Assembly: GCA_000934665.2 (NCBI GenBank)
Contig: KZ538818.1
Coordinates: forward strand, 1-50,465
DNA length: 50,465 nt
Source: Catajapyx aquilonaris
Lineage: Eukaryota
Reading direction: 5' to 3'
The notes beneath the pieces were generated by a model that saw nothing but the letters and a program-made list of their open reading frames with translations, did no database searches and had not been told where the DNA came from. The position numbers were made by a program, and so were the translations under genes. This document shows, piece by piece, positions 13,660 to 24,640 of the stretch. The number at the start of each line of letters is the position of its first letter. Positions within the stretch are counted from its first letter, which is position 1.

Positions 13660-13980
13660 GAAAAATTATACTGAAAAATTACATTTTGGAAAATTACACT
13701 GGCAAATTACATTTTGGAATATTATACCGAAAAATTACATTTTGAACACTTATACCTGAAAAATTACATTGAAAATATTATATTTGTATTTTGAAATATT
13801 ACATGTAAATTTATTTTGAAAAATTACAGTGAAAATATTATGTGTATTTTAAAAATTATATTGTAAATTTATTTTGAAAAATTATATTGTAAATTTATTT
13901 TGAAAAATTATATTGTAAATTTATTTTGAAAAATTACAGTGAAAATATTATATTTCGGAAAATCACACTGAAAAATTACA
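13660..13980. repeat. Degenerate GAAAAATTAC/GAAAAATTAT repeat with a 26-bp core array
   Basis: ATTTTGAAAAATTATATTGTAAATTT repeated around 13845-13935, degenerate either side. Confidence 0.8.
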
Positions 13981-14092
13981 ACTGCAGAATTGATTTGAGT
14001 CTGTGCCTCTGTTTGTCCGGAGTGAGTCATCCGCTAGGTCGCACGATCCTGAGAGTGGCAGTAGTGCGCCATGGACCTTCGTGTTGTTAATT

Positions 14093-14206
14093 GGTTATTC
14101 ACCTAATTTTAGGTCAGAATTCTGATGGTGTTACTAATGAGGTTAAATTTTGACCTGTACTAGACCTGGTTCGGATCAGGTTCTAATTCGGCGTGTGAAT
14201 GGCCCT
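14093..14206. mobile_element. Possible decayed PIF/Harbinger-like MITE
   Basis: Right end GTGTGAATGGCCCT resembles the right end of the 49458 element; weak left partner GGTTATTCAC; internal short inverted repeats; no clear TSD. Confidence 0.25.
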
Positions 14207-15025
14207 ATACGACATTGCAAAGCCTCCCTCGCTTATTAACAAAGCAATCAAACGCGATCCCTGACCGAACAAGTGCATTTGCCTGTAATTGCAGGATCCA
14301 ATCCGGAGCTAAGCTGAATCCGGGGTGGGATTCAGGGTGGAAAGATCTCCGGTAAAGTGGTTAAATCCCCCTTTTGACACGAACAGTATAAAAAAGAGAG
14401 AGAGGGTAAAAAGAGAGAGAACCCTCTCTTCTCTCTCTTTTCGGCAAAGACTTTTGACTTGAAGAGTACCATTTGTATTCTAGAGCACATGAACCGATCG
14501 TAGTGGGAGATGATTGCTACGACTTTGAGATGGAGGCGTCCTTGGATCCATCTTGTCGCAAAAGCGTCGTCGTCACTTCTTGAGGTGGTGACAAAAAGGG
14601 GGTTGAACTGCTACATCTTTAGGGGAGAAGGGGGGGGGGTCCTATTTCTCATGGTGGAAATTTTTTGGGAGGAAGAAAAACGAATGTTTCGTACCAATTT
14701 GGCGACCATTTATGTAGGAATGAAGCACAGCTCAGTGCCAGCTATTTTGGCACTAAACGGCTTCTTTTAAGCAGCTTGTTGCCTAATATTGTCAGCTAAT
14801 ATGCAAAATAACTGCATAAAAAGAAGCAGTCTAAAATCGCGAACTGAAGCTAGCTATTCAAGTGAGTCATCACCTTTTGTAAAGGTATAATTTTATGGAT
14901 TAATTTGAATACAGTATGAAATAAATTTACCTCAATATACGTGTAAAAGTAACAAAAATTATAAAACAAAATAATAATTATAAAAGCAATAAAATTACTT
15001 ACAATAAGAAAATATAACGACTGCC

Positions 15026-15359
15026 GTAGTAGTAGTAGTAGTAGCAGCAGTAGTAGTAGTAGTAGTGTAGTTGTTGTAGTTGTTGTTGTTGACGTAGTAG
15101 TAGTAGTCGTAGTCGTAGTAGTCATATTAGTAGTCGTCGTGTAGTAGTCGTCGTGGTCGTAGACGTAGTCGTAGTCGTCGTAGTCGTAGTCGTAGTCGTA
15201 GTAGTCGTAGTCGTAGTCGTAGACGTAGTAGTAGTAGTCGTCGTAGTCGTAGACGTAGTAGTCGTAGTCGTAGTAGTAGTAGTACGAGTAATAGTCGTCG
15301 TCGTAGACGTAGTAGTAGTAGACGTAGTAGTAGTAGTAGTAGACGTAGTCGTAGTAGTA
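15026..15359. repeat. Compound trinucleotide microsatellite (GTA/GTC/GTT)n with GTAGAC interruptions
   Basis: Read directly; explains the poly-Thr and poly-Val ORFs. Confidence 0.95.
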
Positions 15360-16573
15360 AAACGGAAAAATAAAATCACGACATACGTATGAAACGTTTA
15401 ATAATGAAATAATAAAAATTATAAAATTAGAAGTAAAGCTTTAAAAATATCACAGTACAAGACTGAACATTATTTTTACAAATGTAATGATAAAGAAGTA
15501 CGCAATGATTACGTCAGACGAAACTTCACAAATGCCAAGATGGAGGCCAATTGTTGTTTGTTTCCCCTGCCATTAAACGCTTGACTTATCTCATCTTCTA
15601 ATCAATTAGAGCCCATGATTCAGCCCCTCGCAACATCTCCGATTAATTGCTCAATCAGGTTAATGGCTCCCCCCCTCCCCTCGTATCGTATTGTTGTCGG
15701 CAACAATCGAAAAGCCGAATATTTTCGATACCACCCACACACACAAAAAAAGGGGGGGGGGGGGCTTGAGCATAAACAATCCATTTTGTTTGTGTTCCTT
15801 GTAACAATTTCAACCCCCTGAAACTGCAGCACATTGAGTTGGTGGGTTTTACATACATGAAAGTTGATGCGTACTTGCAAAGATGAAGCAACTGATGCTG
15901 CTGCCTCTATTGTGATTCCTGCGAACATGGCAATAATACCGCGCATGAATGAATCTCAGACAAGCCTCGGGAATGGTTGAGGAGCCTTTGAATGTTTCAT
16001 GGCTTCCAAAATAGGGAGGGAGAGGTTGTTGGGAGGGGGGAGGGGGGAGGGGGGGCTATGTTTGTGGCCAGGAGAATGGGAGGGGTGCGAGGGGGCAGAG
16101 ATACACACACATAGGACGACGAGACTGGAATTAACATATGGGTTTGGGCAACGTTTTGAAAGAGACGCATCTAGCAATGAATGCTAGCCTCATAATTAGC
16201 AGGCCAGGTAAATCACATTAAGAGATGCAAATGCTGTAATTAGGCTAATTATTTTCAGCTTTCTAAATGTGCTGGCGTCACCATTGGCAACACTGACTGG
16301 AAACACTAGCAGCACTGTCCGGCAACACTGTTGGGAAGACCGTTAAGACTGTTGGGAACACTGTAATAATACATTTCATTGTGTGCTGATTGTAATTCAG
16401 TTATAACTATAACTTACGACCGAGTATTATATTAAGTAATTGCAACTATTATTTATTCATAATAATTATATATATGTACTTTTATAACTATTATTACTGT
16501 CTTGTCATTTAATTTAATTAATTAATACCCCGTTCTCAGAACAAACAACACGTATTTATAACTATTAGCCCAC

Positions 16574-16577
<4 letters not shown>

Positions 16578-16657
<80 letters not shown>
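16578..16657. repeat. (TTA)n microsatellite, ~26 units
   Basis: Perfect run. Confidence 0.97.
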
Positions 16658-16814
16658 GATGATGATTTGTAACTATCATTTATAACCATAGGTACCGTAT
16701 TATTGAATAATTTAAGTTATAGCAATAATTTATGACTATTATGAAATAATTTAAAACGATTATTTATAATCACTATGGCATAATTTATAATCGTTATTTA
16801 TTTAAAACAGCCAC

Positions 16815-17045
16815 ATCTTTATAAGAGCTATGTATTTATGCGGTGAAGCTACCGTATAAAAATACGTAGCTCTTATAAATAATAGTTACCGAATAAATGC
16901 ACAGCTCTTATAAATAATAGTTACCGTGTAAATGCATAGCTGTTACAAATAAGTAATAGTTACCATATAAATATGGCCTACATAGCTGTTATAAATAAGT
17001 AATAGTTACTGTATAAATCCATACCTGTTATAAATTATAGAACTA
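16815..17045. repeat. Degenerate ~35-45-bp repeat, TAAATAATAGTTACCG..ATAAATGCATAGCT
   Basis: About five diverged copies. Confidence 0.75.
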
Positions 17046-17432
17046 TTATTGATAACAGCTATGTATTGATACAGTAACTATTACTTATTTATAACAGCTG
17101 TCCCTTTATAACTATTACTTATGTTACTTATACGGGCTTTTATTATATTGATTGATTCAATCGCAATGTAATTATGACAGGTGCTTGGACAGGTGGCGTT
17201 GTCATAGCTTGAGATCAGGGTAGCCAGCCCGAACCGCATGTAGAGTAAATGGTGTGTGCCGCGTACCCCGAACCGACACTCGACGACAACCGAAAGTGAC
17301 GTGTGGCTCCCTGCCCCAAGCACTGTCATCCAATCGACACCCGTACCAGTACCAATCGGATCTAATTAATATCCTTGTGGACTCCGCGGTGTAGCATCCA
17401 CGCCCCGTAAATTTGGCAACAATTTCATTTTA

Positions 17433-17512
17433 GTCATGTCCAGTCCCTGGTAGTCCCCGGGTAGTCCCCGTCCAGTCCCTGGTAGTCCCCGTCCCATGCC
17501 CCGTCCAGTCCC
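17433..17512. repeat. GTCCAGTCCCTGGTAGTCCCC short repeat
   Basis: Two full and several partial copies; same TAGTCC core as 25998-26890. Confidence 0.75.
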
Positions 17513-17624
17513 GATACGACACCGCCACAGTGTCCCCCATCACCCTCCCCCAAAAAACAGCGTGAGAAACAACGCATAATCACGCCTCACCCACATTTTT
17601 CATCCCACCCCCCGTTTGCTGTAG

Positions 17625-17726
17625 ATGGAGCAGGCGTCGGGGGGGGGGGCGTCGGAGGGGGCGTCGGCAGGTGTCCGAGGCGTCCACGGCGGCGCTGGCA
17701 GCGTCTCCCATCCTAGTCGCGCCGCA
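17625..17726 (+). other. Candidate 102-nt GC-rich exon, gene unidentified
   Basis: Pyrimidine tract plus TTTGCTGTAG acceptor, GCA|GTGAGT donor, length divisible by 3, two open frames; no recognisable protein similarity. Confidence 0.25.
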
Positions 17727-17938
17727 GTGAGTCGGCAGGCCGCCCCGGGCGCGGATCTCTCTCTCTTCTTCCCTTATTTCTAACCCTTCCTAAAAAAAAA
17801 ACCAGTCCGTTAATAACTCAACAACATCAAAAAATTGACATGGTGATGTGTGAGTGTGGTATGAGTGGACCAGTGCCATGGAATAAGTGTCCGGTTTAGT
17901 TTGGGACTAGGGTGGAACAATGTTGCAGTGAGTGAAGG

Positions 17939-17970
17939 GGGTCATATTGGGGTCAGAGGTCATTTATATA
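17939..17970. promoter_or_regulatory. Composite nuclear-receptor element (DR5 plus DR1) abutting a minus-strand TATA box
   Basis: GGGTCA-TATTG-GGGTCA-G-AGGTCA at 17939-17962 followed directly by TTTATATA (TATATAAA on the minus strand). Confidence 0.4.
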
Positions 17971-20118
17971 GAGGGTGAGACCATGCGGCCCTCGGTGGAA
18001 TTGGGTCAGCTCTTCGTCTGGACTCTGGGCTGGCTTCATATATGGTGGACGACGTGCAATGGTAAGTTTGGCGGGAAAAATTTTCAAATGTGCAAAATTG
18101 TGCCAATTGGCAACATTGAATCGAGCAGCGGGTTTAAAATATTTAAAAGAGATACAAGCCAAACTGGCAACAAACAAACACAAGAATCGGCAATGTTTAC
18201 AACAGTGCGGCGAGGGGGCGTTTCGGGGATTGCCAAATAGTCGCATGAATAATTACGGTACACCCTGTGCTACATGGTACTGGAAGTGTGTACAAGACGG
18301 AAGCAAACACACAACACTTTCATTATTCACTACAAGGCGAGGGTGTTTTTTTTTTTGGCAAAAGCTGGCACCAAACACCCCGAAAATTTCGTACATTATA
18401 CTAGAAGTTTTAAGAAAATTTGCCGCGTTTATGAATTTTGCACGAAATTCTCAGCATTTTTTTTGAAATAGTGTGAAAAATCAGCGCATCTAGACAAAAT
18501 TGCAAAATTTTGCGTTATATCGGTTTTTGAGAAAAATTCGCAAATTAAATGTCAATTGATGCTAATATTAGGCGCAATCGCTGGTAAAATATTGAAATGT
18601 GCAAATTTTTATAGTGTAAATTTTGCTAAATGCGCAATCAGTATAGTGCAAGCATATATTAATATTTAGTATCAACACAAATATCAGACTTAATTTTTTT
18701 CATATTGGTATTGATTGCATAAATTGATCATTAGATATGTGCAAAATTTGCAAATTTCGGATATTCCCAGTGCGAATATGGAAAAATAGTGTCACTTTCC
18801 AATCTAGCTATTAACAATTCAAATTCCATTGCAAAAATTGCGAAAAATGTGCTAATTTTTTTGCAAATTGGTAAAAATGGTAATTTTGCAATCTATTCGT
18901 ATGAACGACAATTTTAACATCAAACATTATTGCGTACAACCATTTGCATTAATTTTCGTAAATTTTCCATTTATATTCTGCACTTATAGTGTCAATTATT
19001 TCTAATAATATTATACTAATTTCAGTGCAAATCTTAAATTTGCGCATTTTTTTTGTTCCTAAATGTGCCACCTTGAACTTAAAAATTAATTTGCACACTT
19101 CACTGTTTGTAACAACCTCAACAATTCGCCATCCTTTTTTTGAAACACCTTGTGGCCCGCAGCCGACCCCCTTTTTGTCATAAAGAGTTCTTCGTGACCG
19201 GCCATAATCATGCGTGAAACAAGTTCGCAAAAAGTGCCATACCGTGTACCCCCAATCGCCACAAAAATACTATCGACTCGCAAAAAAAAATTATTTGGCA
19301 ATCGCGTGCCACTCAGCATAAGCGACAATAACAATGATGGAAATAAAACCAGTATTAGATCAATTACTAATCCAGGGTATCGATCTGACATTGTTTGGTC
19401 CCCCAAAATATTCCAGCCGATAGACAGTTGTCTATTGTTGCGTGATCATAACAGTATGTACTAGTACTTGATAGCAGGGTACATATTGTTAGCAAGTACC
19501 TGATAACATATTTTTTTGAAAGAAAGAAAATATATGGGGCAGTGGCAAACATTGATTTGTTATGCTCTCATGGTATGTCCCTGAAGGTCCATTGTTAGGG
19601 GGCGCGGTAACCCATATTTCATGACGTGTGAATAATTGACAGTAATTGCGATGCGTACATGCAGCGTAACAATAATGCATACGCTCGAAGTATTCACTTT
19701 TATGGTCAGTTGTCAACGACAAGATTTGGTGACGGGGAAAACTAGTCAGTGATTTTTATAGTATCAGTTAATCAGGCCATGTCGTTATTGGCGATAGTAA
19801 CCGATCATAATTTAAACGCCTTTAAGTTTTAATCCGACGTTAAAGAGAGCTTAACTGCTACCTTTTTTATAATCCAGCCTAACAACTACTATTTTTTATC
19901 GGTTAGCCTTTCCGCACACCAGTCTAATAGATAGTAGTTCAAGCGATATTAACCGATCATCATTATATCAACTAGTCACGCCAAAACTTACAGTTAGTCA
20001 CGCCTAACATTTTCAGCTAGTCGTTCAGGAGATATTAACCGATTATAATTATTTGTCATCCACTATTCACGCCTAACATTATTTTTCAGTCAGCCGTTCA
20101 GGAGATATTAACCGATCA

Positions 20119-20750
20119 TTATTTTATCCACTAGTCACGCCAAAATCGGCGATTGGCGTTGCTTACCGATCATAACACTGCTAGTTGTAGACTATTATTT
20201 TCAGTTAGCTTTTCGACGGGATTTAAATAAATTAACTTAAAGTAGTACGAAGAGATTATTGTAGACAAATGTTTTTTTTGTTCAAATATTTAATTATATT
20301 ATATTTTATCCACTATTCACGCCAAAACAGGCGATTGGCGATGCTTACCGATCATAACACTGCCAGTTATATTATTTTCAGTTAGGTTTTCTACGGTATT
20401 TAAATATAATAATTCATAATTCATACCCCGTTATCAGCCAGCGGCTCTTTAGGGGGGATTTTTTTTTTTTTTGACTGGAACTCTTCGTTTCGTTTTTACT
20501 GCGCTTTTTGGGATAGGATAGGAAAGGAAGGAGGCGGCTGTGGCCTATTAGTTTAGGAAACAACTCCGGAATTCTTCTGGAGGAACCGTGGGAAACCATA
20601 GAAAACCACGGTTAGAGATGCCGGCACCGGGATTCGAACCCAGGACCTCCCGATTAGCAGTCGGATACCATATACCCTCCGCCACCACTGCTTCGGTAGT
20701 ATTTAAATATATTAACTTAAAGTAGTACGAAGCAATTTTAGACAAATGTT
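20119..20750. repeat. ~180-bp tandem duplication, second copy interrupted by a SINE
   Basis: ATTTTATCCACTA.TCACGCCAAAA...TTAACTTAAAGTAGTACGAAG...TAGACAAATGTT occurs twice; shorter GATATTAACCGAT repeats lie upstream from ~19944. Confidence 0.85.
20409..20698 (-). mobile_element. tRNA-derived SINE, family 2, full length
   Basis: Minus strand: A box TGGCGGAGGG, anticodon-like arm TCCGA-CTGCTAA-TCGGG, B box GGTTCGAATCC, ATGAATT tail; 13-bp TSD GTATTTAAATATA at 20396-20408 and 20699-20711; second copy at 48211. Confidence 0.93.
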
Positions 20751-22793
20751 TAAAAAAATATTTAATATATGACGTATACAACTGGCGGTCATAACCGATC
20801 GCAAAGTACCGCCAACTTTACTCAAAATTCCTGAAAATGACAGACAGAAACTGCAAATAATTCCTCAAAAATTAATTTTAATGTAATGAGTTTTTTCAGC
20901 ACTTAACAAAATCTGGACCAAAAATGGCGTCATGATGTCGAAAATAATTTCGCAGATAATTTGAGGCTCTCTGACCGACGTGAACAAAGTCATTCCGTAG
21001 CCTGGCAGGCCCCGAGACATATTTGATGACGATGTTTCTGTGTATCAGGCACGCGGATCGTTGCATGCTGATAATGAGACCTATCATGGCGGAAAATTTT
21101 GGGGGGGAGGAGGAAGGGTGGTGGGGAGGACTATGAATACGTAGGATCAGAAAATGACCCCCCCCCCCCATGTTTATAAAGGGAAGGGTACTAATGAGGG
21201 AAATGCTACGAAAAGTTTGGTTGGACCCGATTGTTAGTCAAGAGTATTGTTGTGGGTCTCATTAGCCGGTGATTGTTGTGAGGTTGTTGATGTTTGGCTC
21301 TATTCAAAAAGCACGGGGGTTGTAGCAACAATTAGTGAAAAAATTGATTAAATTTTATAGCGACTATTTATATTGGATCTTGAAGTGTGATAGAAACATT
21401 GGCAGCCATGATGGTACAGGCAAAATTTTTGCTTATTTTCAGATTTTAGGCACAATTATTTTTAGCACAAATTTTGGAAAAGTTGGAAATAATTAGAGCA
21501 CAAATTTTATAAATATTCTTAATATACCGTAGGATTTGAAGACTGGTGGCCATATTGGAACAGGCAATGTCTAGTCAAAAATATTATGTTCGTAATTTTA
21601 GGCACATTTTTTTAAAAAAAGAATGCGGGCTTCTTTTGAGATTGTTGGAAATATTTAGAGCAAAAATTTAGTGAGACGTAAAAATCTATACGTCTCACTT
21701 GAAAGGTGTGGGGAGGGTAGGGGGCTGGTTTGTCAGGCGACGATCGATGGTATCGGATTGACAGTATCTTTACGACGAGCCAAAGACGAAGGAGCTCGTT
21801 AGATAAGACGGACCTGTCAGGTTTGAACGAGGCCCAAAAAATTTTAAATTGAAAAAAAAGAAGCAAGGTTGAAAATCCAAGGTGTTTCAGTCGATCGGGG
21901 TTAAAATATTTGAAAAAAAGTGATACTATCGATTTAAGATTGATTTTGATAGATATGGATATGTTGCGCCTGAAGAGTTAATCTTCTACATTAATTTGGA
22001 TTTTTTTAACCCAATTTCATGTAAAAATAAATATAGCCTAATATCACGATAAAGTTCATGATAAAGGCCGAAATACAAGTAGTTCATTCCAATAGATCAA
22101 AATTCTCACTCAAGCCGCACCAATTAAAGAGTCTGACATTCAGATTGGCCAATCAAGATCAGCCCTCCTTAATTTTTGAAAATGACGTACGATATAATCC
22201 CTATTCTTTCCCCTAAAACTTTCTTCGCAAAAACACACGCGTCTATTCCAAGTCTCGTAGAAAATTTTGACATACACTATTAAGGTTAATAAAGGGTGCT
22301 GTCAGAAATGGCAAGTCAAATGCGTGACCAATGAAAAGCGGTCTGATTTGATGGAGACAGACATGAATATTTTTTTTTCCGCCACATTATGACAATCAAA
22401 ATATCACGGGAGACTGACCTTATGTGTGTGACATAAATCAAAACTGATGGTCAAACCATTATTTCGTTACATATGTCTCGTTTTTCGATTAGCGATAAGT
22501 TTTTTTCGTTTGTCGATATTTTTTTTTTCGTTGTTTCGTTACTCGTTTTCTCAGTTTTCGTTTTCGGTAATATATTCGATTTTATGTCTCGATTTCTAGT
22601 TTTTCGATAACCGATTTGTTGTTTGGTTATCGATTAGTTGGTGTTTCATTCATATAGTCTGCTCTCTCAATATTTCGTTTTAAAAAAAAAAATCACAATT
22701 TTTTCGGTTTTTCGTTTCTTTTCTTATTCGTTGTTTCGTTCTTCGATAATATCGTATTTTCGGGTTTCGATTAGTCGAGCTATTTCTTTTTCC

Positions 22794-22985
22794 AATATAG
22801 ATTGTTTCGTTTTTCGTTAATTTATTCGGTTTGCTGTTTCGATATATAATTTTTCGATATTTCCTTATTTGATTATCTATTGGTTTTTTTTAATATCGAT
22901 TGTTTCGTTTTTCGTTAATTTATTCGGTTTGCTGTCTCGATATTTCATTTGTCGATATTTCGTTATTTGATTATCTATTGTTTTT
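22794..22985. repeat. 98-bp tandem duplication in a TTTCG-rich low-complexity tract (~22480-23060)
   Basis: AATAT.GATTGTTTCGTTTT starts at 22794 and 22892. Confidence 0.85.
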
Positions 22986-24230
22986 CGATTATTTATTCGG
23001 CTATTGTTTCATTTTTTTGATGTTTTCGTTCTCGATTTTGCGTTTTTCATTTTTTTAACTTTAAAATCGTGGTTGTTTTTTTGACTTTTACAAAAAAAAG
23101 AGTGACTCATCACGTTCCGATGACACCATCATCCTTTGTTAGTCCAACACGGAAGACATGCACGTCTAACAGCCTATCGCAAGGCCTTGTACAGTATACA
23201 GAGGGAGGGGTTGGGGTGGGGTCTATTGTAATAGACTTTGTTACTGTACAAAAAGCAGGGGGGGGGGGNGGGGGGGGGGGGCTTAAAAACCACAGTGCAA
23301 TCAACTATATACCATTTTTTGGGGAGAGAGGGAGCATTGTGTTAGAGCAGTGCTTTACGAAGCAGTTTTATAATGAGCTCTTGTTGTTATGCAGGGCTGT
23401 CCAGAGAGGGCTCCCTGTAATTATTGTTTAAAGCTGATTTTACGAATTGCTAATAGCAGGCCAGAAACGGGATTGTATCATAAGCATATTAAGCTACTAC
23501 TAGATTAAAAGTGGGCTACTATTAAATATAGTGAGAGTTCATACATTACAAGACTATAGCGATGTGTGTTCCAATCCTGCATTTTGCTTTTTTTTGGCCC
23601 CCCACATGATGTGAAAATAACCGTTACTGGAACAGGCGTAATATTTCCTGCTAGATTTTAAAGCAGCTTGGTTACTCCCACATGAATCCAAACCCTTGTC
23701 GTTTACAACCCCCAAATGTTTGGACTCGCGTCTCTTCTCGGCCACTTAAGAGAGGAATCTTGGCATATGTCGCTGCCGGCTTGAGGTTTATGCTTCCAAG
23801 CCTCTCGCGACATTAGCACCTTCCAAGCGACAGATAAATCGCACTGTACATGCATAAACAACACTACAAAAAAGACAGCCCCAAAAAAAGGCTTTTATGG
23901 CGACTATATTTGGAACATTAAGAAAGTTTTGCGAGAGCTTGAAATGGCCAGGTTTTAATTTGGTTTTTTTAAAAAAATCCGGAAGATGGAGGTAGTGGGC
24001 ATGAAGTGATAAATTACAGGGAGATGCATAAAAAAATACTTGTTAAGCATAAAATTTTAGCACAAATTTAATTTATTAAAATAAAATTTTAATCTACTAT
24101 ATTAATATTTCATTTTAATAGATGGAACTGAAACAAATTATAATGTAGAATAATTTTCTTATTAGGAAAATAAATTTCATTGACATAAAAGATGATTTTA
24201 AATGAAATGGGTTTAAATCTAGTATAAATA

Positions 24231-24447
24231 CAGGGTGTTTATACTTTTTTGTCCGAACAGTTATCGGAAATATTGCACTATAAGCAGCTACTTTTTGTAA
24301 GCAGTGACTTGCAACCGGTTTGTTGGGAGGAATGGGGAATATTCCCTGCGAATATTAGGTTGAAGTGGCATACACTGCTTACAAAAAAAGCAGCTTAGTT
24401 CAATATTTCCGATAACTGTTCGGACAAAAAAAAGTTGAAACACCCTG
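24231..24447. mobile_element. Tc1/mariner-type MITE, family A, copy 2 (internally deleted)
   Basis: TA|CAGGGTGTTT...GTTGAAACACCCTG|TA; follows copy 1 to TTGAAGTGGCATAC, then jumps to ACTGCTTACAAA, lacking ~100 bp. Confidence 0.92.
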
Positions 24448-24517
24448 TATAATAAATTTTCCATTAAATAAAATATAACAAAATAAAATAAAATTTCATG
24501 TAGTAAAAACAAAATTG

Positions 24518-24640
24518 TAAATTTATTTGATCGTAAATAAATTTATTTGATCATAAATTTAATGCAATACACTAAATTTATTTGATCGTAAATAAATTTA
24601 TTTGATCATAAATTTAATGCAATACACTAAATTTATTTGA
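24518..24640. repeat. 55-bp tandem duplication
   Basis: TAAATTTATTTGATCGTAAATAAATTTATTTGATCATAAATTTAATGCAATACAC at 24518 and 24573. Confidence 0.88.

Noticed and set aside
16520..16539. ATACCCCGTTCTCAG matching the SINE family 2 tail at 14 of 15 nt
   Set aside because: Too short and no TSD; could be a tiny truncated copy or chance.
20620..20697. tRNA-Ser(GCT)-like sequence on the minus strand
   Set aside because: Anticodon and T arms form, but the acceptor stem is poor and the long Ser variable arm is absent; it is a SINE head inside a TSD.
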